A stretch of DNA of 64,000 bases, from positions 32,001 through 96,000 of the forward strand of contig CAZFHY010000006.1 of the NCBI GenBank assembly GCA_964519305.1. The letters run 5' to 3'. This document shows positions 1 through 8,291 of the stretch, piece after piece. The position numbers and the translations under genes were made by a program. Under the pieces are notes generated by a model. The model saw nothing but the letters and a program-made list of their open reading frames with translations. It did not search any database and was not told the DNA's origin. Positions within the stretch are counted from its first letter, which is position 1. Every line of letters starts with the position of its first letter. The stretch comes from Candidatus Undinarchaeota archaeon. GTDB lineage: Archaea > SpSt-1190 > JASMDC01.

Positions 1-511
1 CACCAAGGCCACCCGGCTTATCGCTGACGTGGAACGCCGCGCTACAGAGCTGCGGTCCATCCCTCTGCATACCGGGATGATCGCCCATCCCTCGCTAGCG
101 GCGACCCTCATCGATGCCGGTATCAGGTCCAACGTCATCCCTGACCGCGCCACGGTGACCGTCAACCGCCGTGTCGCCCCGGTCGAGGACATGGATAAAG
201 TGATTGAAGGGCTGGCGGCACTTGGACCGGCCGAGTTCCCCATGGTGTGTCCTGGCTTCGTCCTGCCCGAGAACGATGCCTTTCTCGAAGAGATGTTGGA
301 CGCTTGCAGGGATACGCTGGGGTACGCTGAAGCGTACTGCTCCCGCGGTTGGAGCGATGCTACGGAGTTCGCGGTGGCCGGCATCCCTGCAGTATCTCTG
401 GGACCGGGCACGCTCAGTGCCTGCCATGAGCCCAACGAGGCCTGCGTGCTCGCTGATCTGGACCGGTGCAAAGCAGTGCTGCAACGGTTGCTCGACAGGT
501 CCGCGCGATAG
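1..511 (+). CDS. M20 family metallo-hydrolase (ArgE/DapE-like), 5' end outside window
   Basis: Frame is open to the window edge. Motifs 'GIRSNVIPDRATVTVNRR', 'WSDA' and 'GIPAVSLGPG..ACHEPNE' match the M20 dimerisation and C-terminal regions. Confidence 0.85.
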   Translation, partial: TKATRLIADVERRATELRSIPLHTGMIAHPSLAATLIDAGIRSNVIPDRATVTVNRRVAPVEDMDKVIEGLAALGPAEFPMVCPGFVLPENDAFLEEMLDACRDTLGYAEAYCSRGWSDATEFAVAGIPAVSLGPGTLSACHEPNEACVLADLDRCKAVLQRLLDRSAR

Positions 512-522
512 TCGCAGACCCA

Positions 523-530
523 TTTAAATA
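523..530 (+). promoter_or_regulatory. TATA box for the giant NlpC/P60 gene
   Basis: TTTAAATA in a short AT-rich intergenic gap. Confidence 0.55.
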
Positions 531-595
531 TACGACGAACCATAGGGTTTTCATTGGACAGGGGGTGCTCCGTCGGTCGACGGGGCGATGGGATA

Positions 596-3500
596 ATGGC
601 AGGACGTCTGGTTAGATCGGCAGCAGTATTGATCTGCTCATGGCTAGTACTGGTAGCCATAGCAGCGGACGGTCCTGCAAGTGGCGATACCGTATGCTGC
701 GACGGGTCCGGCGGCGCGAGCATGACCTCGCGACAGGAGTGCACGTCCGGCGGTGGGACCGTCTCGTCCGATACCGTCCAGGCCCCTGCGAAGCCAGAGG
801 ACGATCTCATCTCCGGCAGCGGGACTGGCCCTGCTGCTCTGAACGTCGAGGACCTCAAGTGCGACTCGGACAAGATGGACAACATCGATGCCCGTAACAT
901 GTGCGAGCATCTCAAGAAGATGGGCTCGTCCTACGACAGCATCGACGGCTTCATGTACGGCAAGGACGGGAAAGGGGGTATCCAGGGACACCTGGAGGAG
1001 CTGCACGCCGCGCTAGTAAAGCAGTGCGATAACTGCACTGAGACCCATAAGGACTTTCAGGCGACCCTGTACGACGACTGTGCCAAGGCCGGCGGCGGTC
1101 GTACCGGCAACCTGGCCTTCGATATCAACGCCATCGCCGCGGCCACCACCGACCAGTTCGGACCGGCCATCTGCGACGATGCAGGGAAGTTCGTCTGCCT
1201 CGCCGATGATGCGCACAAGTGCCAGGCACGAGAGGATGGAAAGGGCGGCGCGCTCGAGGGCGCACGTCAGTGCGGCGTGTGCGTGGTCGCGTCCTGCTGT
1301 GCAGGGAAGAAGGTCCTGCCCGGCGGTTTCGAGGACCCGGACGCGGCGGCAGGTGCCTGCAGCGAGGACAAGATCAATCCGAAGGAGGGTCCGTGCCCTA
1401 ATTCCCGGACGTGGGAGTGCACCATCAAGGACGGTCCCCTCAAGAAGAAGCAGAACGACGACCTGGGTATACATGGTGCCCGTGGCCTGTGCGAAAAACC
1501 GGGTGACGCCGCCTCGTGCTCGAAGACGGGGCAGGGAAAGGCGCCCGCCGGCTGCACCAGCTCGTCGTCCGGTGCGTGCTCACAGACGGGCAATCCTAAG
1601 CGATGCAAGAGCAAGATCTGGGGCGACAGCCCGTCCACCGATTCAGGGAAGAGCGACAACTCGGCGATGAAGTGGTGCACGGACGATGGTGGCGACGGGA
1701 AGCGCAGGCCGGCCGTGTGCAAGCACAAGGACGCGTGCAGCGGGTGCAACTGGAAGGAGGGCAGCTCCAGTGAGCAGCGCAGCGAGGACTACGACAAGAA
1801 CGTTCTCGAGTGCTACGGGTACAAGGAGGCCAATCCCAAGTGCGAGCAGGAGGGCATCAGCGAGGACGAGGTGAAGAAGCACACCTACTGCTTCGCCAAC
1901 ACGGACCAGTACCACCGGTACACCTGCGACGAGGACGGGAAGTGCAAGGACAAGGACTCAGTGGGCGCCGTCGTGGAGGTGACGCCCTCGGAGAACGCCG
2001 TGGTGCTCCCCGCGGCACTTGCCGAGTGCCAGGTGCGTGTGGCGAACCTCAAGGACGTGTGCACCGTCTCCGGCTCAAAGACGTTCGGCAAGGGCGGGAC
2101 CGATATAACCCCCTGCGCCATGGCCCCGCTCATCAAGGAGATGATGGAGTTCACCGAGAACTTCCATTACCGTTACCTGGGCTCGGGCGGTGTGAAGGAC
2201 CAGATCCGGACCATGTGGGACAAACTGGAATGCCCCGGTGAGCTGGGCGGTCCCGGGACCGATTCGGCCGCTGCGATGAAGGGCGACGGGACGGGCAACG
2301 ACCAGATCGCCACCCAGGTGGCAGAGGATGAGAAGAAGAAGGCGGAGGAGCGGGCCGCGAAAGGTTCCGCCGACTCCAACGCCATCGTGAGCGAAGCGAA
2401 CTCCTGGAAGGGCACGCCCTACGTGTTCGGAGGGAACACCCGAAGCGGCATCGATTGCTCCGGTTTCACCCAGCAGGTCATGCGCAAGAACGGTGTGAAC
2501 ATCCCCCGGACGGCGGCCAGCCAGTGGGCGGCCTGTCAGCGGAGCGGCGGGACGTACGTGAACGCCAACGAGCTCCAGCCCGGCGACGTCCTCTACTTCC
2601 AGAACACCTACAAGAAGGGTGTCAGCCACACGGGCTTCTATGTGGGCAACGACCAGTACATCCACGCGCCCAAGACCGGTGACGTGGTGCGGACCGTGCG
2701 GTTCTCCACCTCGCGACACTACAAGAGCCATTGGAAGGGAGCGTGCAGGTTCACTGGACTGAAGGGCGGCAGCCCACCGGGCGGGACAAAGGGCCCGGGG
2801 GCCACGCCCGAGCAGCTCAAGGCGAACACCGTCACCAACGAGATGCGCACCGTGGGCTCGCTGCGGAACGAGCAGGCCGAGTTCGGTATCGGGATGAAGG
2901 AGTTCCAGGACCGGATCAAGAAGCTCATCGCCCTTACCAAGGCCGAGAAGGGGCTGCACTGGGACATCACGACCAAGCACGACGACTTCGGTAAGGCCTA
3001 CGATCCCGCGACCTTCGCCACCGAGGAGGGCCACCTCCGGCCCACGATGAACTCGGGCGAGCACAAGGACGCACCCATGTACGAGGGGTATGCCTGGTCG
3101 ATCGCCAAGGAGGATGATACCCTGTGCCAGCTGGAGGCCTCCAAGTGCACGGACGCCGATGGCGAGGCCCTGGGTGACACCGAGAAGGCGAGGACCAAGC
3201 TCGTCGAGCGCACCAAGGCCGCTGTGGAGGAGAAATGCAAGGGCTGCCATCTCCTGCCCCAGGTCATAGGTAAGTGCAAGAACCCGTCGAAATCATGCAG
3301 GTCCGAGAAGGACAAGTGCGAGGTGGACGGGCTCTCCTCTTCCGTGGACTTCGACCGCCATCGCAACACGGACGCCTGGGGCGGTTCCGCGCTGAAGGCC
3401 GTGGAGAACATCAAGGGGCTGCCCGAAGAGGTGTTCACCCGGATCGACGGATGCTACGATTACGCCATCGACAAGACCAATTCAGCGCAGGAGTGCAAGG

Positions 3501-6500
3501 GACAGGGCGAGGGGTCCGCTTGCTCCGACGGTATCTGCTGCTCGGGAGAGTGCACCGATGCCACGGCCTGCAATGCGTACGGCCCTCAGGGCCCTGGTGG
3601 TCCCGGCGGCCCCGATGGCCCCGGACAGGACCAGCAGCAGCCACCGGGCGATCATCCCCCCGGCTGCTCGTGCCAGGCCTGCAGCGGCGGTCAGCAGCCC
3701 AGCGCCACTCCACCCGCCGACGAGGAGGAGGAGGGGCCTGGCGGAGAAGAAGAGGAAGAGCCCGGTGATGAGGAAGAAGGGGATGAGCCCGGCGAGGAAG
3801 AGGAATCCGGTGATGAGGAGGAAGAAGAAGAGGAAGAGGGTCCGGACGATCCCGAGGCCCGTCTCTCGTGCCACGGTTCGAAGCGCACCGATCCCTGCAC
3901 GCTGGACGACAAGGACGGATTGTGCTGCACCGGGGACGACAAGCTCTATTGTCTCGCTGACGAGGACGAGTGCCCGGACGACCCGACGTTCGCTCAGGAG
4001 TGCGAAGGCCAGGACGACGGTGCCCCCTGCTTCGAGGAGAACGGGGAGCCGCAGGGCATATGCTGCATACCTCCGGACAGCGATGTGTCCGTGTGCCGGC
4101 TCGGCGCTTCCTACTGTCGGACACGCATCGACGAGGAGGACCTGGATTCGACCAATCCCACCGAGTGCACCGATGCCTGTCAGCAGTGCTTCGACACTTC
4201 CAACTCGCACTGTCAGGCCCGCGCCGGGGTGTGCGTTTGCGAGATGGGACGCGAGTGGCGGACAACTGGCAAGCAGTGCCCGCAGAGCGTCCCCCCGCCC
4301 ATGAAGGCCCGATATCAGGCGTGCTGTGAGGCGCTGTTCGCCGACGTGCTCGTGATCGAACCGCCCGAGGCCATGGACGGACCTTTCATCGAGGGTGACG
4401 CCACTTATGCGGCAGGGACCGTCATGACCTTGCGTCTCAGGAACCCTGACGAGTCGTCGGTGCACGTCTGCGGTGAATGGTGGCGCGCGTTCGCGTCCGT
4501 CGAGGGCTGGACCGAAGTGAAACAGGTGGAGAAGGACCTTCCTGTCGGGTGCATGGCCGTGCCGTCGAGCGCGGCGGTCACCTGGGACCTGGAGGGCGTC
4601 CTCGACGAGGAGGACGAGCCCGGGCCGATGGGGATCGGGAGCTACAAGGTCGAGATGTGCTACTGCACGTCCGTGGTCGGTGACGATTGTCTGACCGGCG
4701 CGAAGCGGTGCGTCGAGCACAGGTTCCGGGTCGTGGACCCCGGGACGACGTTCGGCGAGGGTGACCTGTCCATGTGCATGACGCCCTCGGGGCTAACTAC
4801 CGGTGTCAGCTACGACCGGTGCCGTACCGTCAGCTCGGACACGGGATTCTGCTGCTCGCTAGGGTTCGAGGAACGGGCCCTTCCCCTGGACTGCAGCGGT
4901 GTCGAGGACGGTTACGAGGACCCGGTGCTCGACGAGTGCAACGTCCGGAACCCGGGAGAGGCGCGTCTGGCCGAGCGTTGCCGCGACCTTGCCATGGACG
5001 AGGACGTGGCCTGCGAGGAACGGTGCCTGACCGATCATCCGGGACTGTCCTCACAGGAGGTGTGCCTCAGCGATGAGTGCGAGGCAGATCCACTCCTCAC
5101 CGACCGCCTGGTCGGGTGCGGAGCACACGAGGAGTGCCTGCGGGTAGAGAAGGCGCTCCATCCCGATCTAAAGGTGACCGTGGGTATGGTGAGGGGTGGT
5201 GAGTTCGCCACGACGTTCTATGCGGGCGAGCCCGCTCAGGTCGAGGTGGAGGTGTACAACGCCGGCCAGTTCGGCTTCTCGGGCGCCGTGGAGACCGCGA
5301 TACTACATCTGGTCGCGTGCGACTGCCCGGCCTGTCCCGCGGGTTACACTTGCGATTGCGAGTGCCAGGAGGAGCGCACCGCTACCGTATCCCGCGAGCT
5401 TTCGCTGCTCCGCCCGGGAGAGACGTTCAGGTACCGTACCGACACCATGTCGCTGGCAGAGAGCATGGCCAACGGGACCGTCCAGCCGGTGGCGACGGTG
5501 GCCCGGACCGGTTCGCCAGTGGCCGAGGCACGTGGTGAGCTCGTACACGTGCTTGAGATGGGCCAGCTGGAGGTCACCGAGGCCTGGTTCGAGATGGGCG
5601 GTGAGCGTGCCACCAGCGCCTATCCGGGCGCAGAGATAACGGGTGTGGCCGAGCTTTCCTCGCGATGGTTCCCGTTGAACGTGAGCCTTTATCTGGAGAT
5701 AGGTGGTGTCGAGATCGATGGCACCCGTGCTACCGTGGAGGTCACCGGACCCGTGAGCAGCCTGTCCATGACCACTCTTCCCTGGGAGGTGACCGCCGAA
5801 AAGATCGAGGCGGTGACCCGCTTGGGCGTTGAAGTGGTGTCGCCTGAAGGCGACGTGCTAATGAAGCGGACGCTGCTAGAACAGGGAACGGGCGCCGCGG
5901 ACTGCGCTGGTTCGGTGATGACCACTGCTTGCCACGATGGCAGGGGACGCGTTCTCCGTTCCTACCCCGCAGGTTATCTTGAGGTGCGGCCTCTCAGGCT
6001 TCGCGTGACGGACGCCTACTTCATCGACGCTGACGGCAACGCTGTCAACACCCTCTACGAGGACACCGAGATGCGGGCAATAGTGGTCGTCGACAACGGC
6101 GCACCCATCGCGTTCACAGGCGTTCTGGAGGCCATAGTCGCCGGGGATGACGGGGCCGATGTGGCCGAGGGCCATGCCCTGGTCGATACCGAGCTCCCGG
6201 CCCGTGGCGGCACGAAACGTCTCGAGACACCCTCGTTCCAGGCCACAAAGGGCTCGACCTACACGATCAGGGTCCGTGCGGCCGGGACGGACGGTACGGT
6301 CTGGAACGACCAGCTCGTAAGCAAGTACCTCTTCCCGCACGGGACGCTGGTCGTGATCGACGAAGAGGAGATGACCGACGAGCGAAATGACGTCAGCACG
6401 CACCTGATATTCACAGCTTGCGAGGTGCGGGTGTCGTGTGGGGCGTGCCTGCCGGTGTGCGAGCTACACGTGGACCCTACGACCTGTTCCCTATCGACCC

Positions 6501-6532
6501 AGCACTGCGGATGCGAGTGCGAGCTCAAATAG
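596..6532 (+). CDS. Giant secreted Cys-rich protein with NlpC/P60 (C40) domain, acidic linker and C-terminal Ig/CARDB-like beta domains
   Basis: Signal peptide from ATG 596 (MAGRLVRSAAVLICSWLVLVAIAA). NlpC/P60 at about 2381-2752: GTPYVFGG..GIDCSGF..LQPGDVLYF..SHTGFYVG..YIHA. E/P/G-rich linker at about 3720-3850. Confidence 0.9.
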   Translation: MAGRLVRSAAVLICSWLVLVAIAADGPASGDTVCCDGSGGASMTSRQECTSGGGTVSSDTVQAPAKPEDDLISGSGTGPAALNVEDLKCDSDKMDNIDARNMCEHLKKMGSSYDSIDGFMYGKDGKGGIQGHLEELHAALVKQCDNCTETHKDFQATLYDDCAKAGGGRTGNLAFDINAIAAATTDQFGPAICDDAGKFVCLADDAHKCQAREDGKGGALEGARQCGVCVVASCCAGKKVLPGGFEDPDAAAGACSEDKINPKEGPCPNSRTWECTIKDGPLKKKQNDDLGIHGARGLCEKPGDAASCSKTGQGKAPAGCTSSSSGACSQTGNPKRCKSKIWGDSPSTDSGKSDNSAMKWCTDDGGDGKRRPAVCKHKDACSGCNWKEGSSSEQRSEDYDKNVLECYGYKEANPKCEQEGISEDEVKKHTYCFANTDQYHRYTCDEDGKCKDKDSVGAVVEVTPSENAVVLPAALAECQVRVANLKDVCTVSGSKTFGKGGTDITPCAMAPLIKEMMEFTENFHYRYLGSGGVKDQIRTMWDKLECPGELGGPGTDSAAAMKGDGTGNDQIATQVAEDEKKKAEERAAKGSADSNAIVSEANSWKGTPYVFGGNTRSGIDCSGFTQQVMRKNGVNIPRTAASQWAACQRSGGTYVNANELQPGDVLYFQNTYKKGVSHTGFYVGNDQYIHAPKTGDVVRTVRFSTSRHYKSHWKGACRFTGLKGGSPPGGTKGPGATPEQLKANTVTNEMRTVGSLRNEQAEFGIGMKEFQDRIKKLIALTKAEKGLHWDITTKHDDFGKAYDPATFATEEGHLRPTMNSGEHKDAPMYEGYAWSIAKEDDTLCQLEASKCTDADGEALGDTEKARTKLVERTKAAVEEKCKGCHLLPQVIGKCKNPSKSCRSEKDKCEVDGLSSSVDFDRHRNTDAWGGSALKAVENIKGLPEEVFTRIDGCYDYAIDKTNSAQECKGQGEGSACSDGICCSGECTDATACNAYGPQGPGGPGGPDGPGQDQQQPPGDHPPGCSCQACSGGQQPSATPPADEEEEGPGGEEEEEPGDEEEGDEPGEEEESGDEEEEEEEEGPDDPEARLSCHGSKRTDPCTLDDKDGLCCTGDDKLYCLADEDECPDDPTFAQECEGQDDGAPCFEENGEPQGICCIPPDSDVSVCRLGASYCRTRIDEEDLDSTNPTECTDACQQCFDTSNSHCQARAGVCVCEMGREWRTTGKQCPQSVPPPMKARYQACCEALFADVLVIEPPEAMDGPFIEGDATYAAGTVMTLRLRNPDESSVHVCGEWWRAFASVEGWTEVKQVEKDLPVGCMAVPSSAAVTWDLEGVLDEEDEPGPMGIGSYKVEMCYCTSVVGDDCLTGAKRCVEHRFRVVDPGTTFGEGDLSMCMTPSGLTTGVSYDRCRTVSSDTGFCCSLGFEERALPLDCSGVEDGYEDPVLDECNVRNPGEARLAERCRDLAMDEDVACEERCLTDHPGLSSQEVCLSDECEADPLLTDRLVGCGAHEECLRVEKALHPDLKVTVGMVRGGEFATTFYAGEPAQVEVEVYNAGQFGFSGAVETAILHLVACDCPACPAGYTCDCECQEERTATVSRELSLLRPGETFRYRTDTMSLAESMANGTVQPVATVARTGSPVAEARGELVHVLEMGQLEVTEAWFEMGGERATSAYPGAEITGVAELSSRWFPLNVSLYLEIGGVEIDGTRATVEVTGPVSSLSMTTLPWEVTAEKIEAVTRLGVEVVSPEGDVLMKRTLLEQGTGAADCAGSVMTTACHDGRGRVLRSYPAGYLEVRPLRLRVTDAYFIDADGNAVNTLYEDTEMRAIVVVDNGAPIAFTGVLEAIVAGDDGADVAEGHALVDTELPARGGTKRLETPSFQATKGSTYTIRVRAAGTDGTVWNDQLVSKYLFPHGTLVVIDEEEMTDERNDVSTHLIFTACEVRVSCGACLPVCELHVDPTTCSLSTQHCGCECELK

Positions 6533-6563
6533 CGGTGTGGCTTACGGGGATGATGACAGGAAA

Positions 6564-6635
6564 GCAGGGGGACCGGGAGATACGGTGAATCAGCCGTTAC
6601 GGAAGCGCTCAGAGGTCGCCCCCGATCACCCTGCT
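6564..6635 (-). ncRNA. Candidate small structured RNA (~71 nt)
   Basis: About 15-bp terminal stem with G-U pairs only on the minus strand. TTTATAA box at 6659-6653, ~25 nt upstream. Pyrimidine run follows. Confidence 0.4.
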
Positions 6636-6721
6636 ATTGAATATGCTGCTAATTATAAAGTCCGACCGACTTAATAACTATTGCCATAATCAACCCCACA
6701 CGTCGCGGTCAGGGGCTTGGA

Positions 6722-8179
6722 TCACTTCTCTTCCTGGTTGCGCTCCAACTCTTCGCGCCAGAGCCGCGCCGTGGCCTTGATGTGGCCCACGCGGTCGCCC
6801 AGTGCTGTCCAGGTGTCGGGTACCTGGCCGTCGTAGCGCTCACCTGTCCGCAGGACGAGGTCCTCGATGCCCTCAGCGACATGCTCCAGCTCGCCTGCTT
6901 CCGCAGGATCGGAGATGTTCTCGATGGCGTCGTCCCAGTCGCGACCGGTCCATACCTCGAGGGCGTGGGTCAGCGCGGCCACGTAGTCCCCACGCTTGGT
7001 CTCCAGCTCCTCCCGGACCACCTTCTCGTGGACCTGGGCGTAGCCGTGCATCCGCTCGAGCGCTCCCGTGTTCTCGACACGGAGCACCTCGAACACGCGC
7101 GAGTAATCGGCGTTGCTTTCCACGAGCTCGTCGAACACAGAAGCATCCTGGGAGTACACCCGGGACATGGTGTCGGTGACCTCGTCGATATCCTCGAGCA
7201 TCTTGAAAGCGGCGTTCCCGGCCACCAGAAGCTCCTTGCCCTCGATATCCCTGTTGGTGAGGGTGCCCAGCTCGTGTACGTTGAGCCGGGTCATGAGGTC
7301 GGTAACGCCCTCGTAGACGTCCTCGACAGCTCCCTTGTAGGGGTCGAGCGCGCCACCGAAGCTGGAACGGAACACCTTCTTGCCGATGGTCTTCCATACC
7401 TTCAGGCCGTCGCCACCGTCCGCCTCGTTCTTTGTGCGTCGGAGCGACTCTACCAGGTAGGTGTTGAAGTCGGCGGGGACGGTGAAGTCCAGCGCCTTCT
7501 GGGGGAGAGGGATGACCACATCGGCGTTCTCCGTCTTGCCGAAGCGCTCGGTCTTCACGTCCGAGAGCTGGAGATAACCTTCGCTGTAGTCGGTGAGGAT
7601 GCCACGGTACTCGCGGCCACTGGGGTCCTTGACGGCGACGCCGTACCCGACCAGGTGCTCGAGATTGTCGTCCCAGCTGCCGCCGATGTTGTCGAACACC
7701 GCCTGAGCGCCTTCGGTGGTCACCGAGCCGCCCATGTACATGCTGGCGCCGGCCGTGGTCACACGGCTGACGGCGTTCACGGAGTTGGCAAGAGGTGCCT
7801 TGGTACGGTCCCAGAACTTGTGGAGCCAGCCCCTGCCTGTCCCGTTCTGCACGATCTTTGAGAGCTCCGAGTCGCGCTTGGCGAGCTTCTTGTCGCCAAG
7901 GTCCTGCTCGAACCGGGTGACGGAGTACACCTCGTTGGAGGAGTAGATGGCCTGGTTGGCGGCCACGTAGGAGCCGTTGACGTCGAGGAGGATGTTGTCG
8001 TGGTCGTCGATCTGGAGCACCTTGCCCCTGATCTGGTAGTCCTCCGAGGCGGTGTTGAGCGATACGTAATCGCCGTCGAAGTCACCGAGGCACCTGTCAG
8101 TGCCGTTGTATAGGAAACCACGTGCCAGCAGACCGGCGGTCACCGCGCCGAGCACGAAATGGCCTGGATCGAGAGACAT
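6722..8179 (-). CDS. Hypothetical protein with N-terminal hydrophobic anchor, Sm/LSm-like segments and a helical C-terminus
   Basis: 485-aa ORF with typical codon bias and upstream TATA (TATAAATA near 8228-8235, minus strand). 'GREYRGILTDYSEGYLQLSDV' resembles an Sm1 motif. Confidence 0.8.
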   Translation of the reverse strand: MSLDPGHFVLGAVTAGLLARGFLYNGTDRCLGDFDGDYVSLNTASEDYQIRGKVLQIDDHDNILLDVNGSYVAANQAIYSSNEVYSVTRFEQDLGDKKLAKRDSELSKIVQNGTGRGWLHKFWDRTKAPLANSVNAVSRVTTAGASMYMGGSVTTEGAQAVFDNIGGSWDDNLEHLVGYGVAVKDPSGREYRGILTDYSEGYLQLSDVKTERFGKTENADVVIPLPQKALDFTVPADFNTYLVESLRRTKNEADGGDGLKVWKTIGKKVFRSSFGGALDPYKGAVEDVYEGVTDLMTRLNVHELGTLTNRDIEGKELLVAGNAAFKMLEDIDEVTDTMSRVYSQDASVFDELVESNADYSRVFEVLRVENTGALERMHGYAQVHEKVVREELETKRGDYVAALTHALEVWTGRDWDDAIENISDPAEAGELEHVAEGIEDLVLRTGERYDGQVPDTWTALGDRVGHIKATARLWREELERNQEEK

Positions 8180-8291
8180 GATGTATCACCATTACTCTGT
8201 GAGTGACAGACCGCGCTCCGGGGCCGCTATTTATAGTTTCCCATGATGATTGGTTATAAGGGGAAATAGAGGTGGGACCGCTAGTTCCTGT

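Noticed and set aside
640-6403. Many long overlapping or antisense ORFs here and across the window
   Set aside because: Expected shadow ORFs from high GC3 codon bias, with no recognisable motifs.
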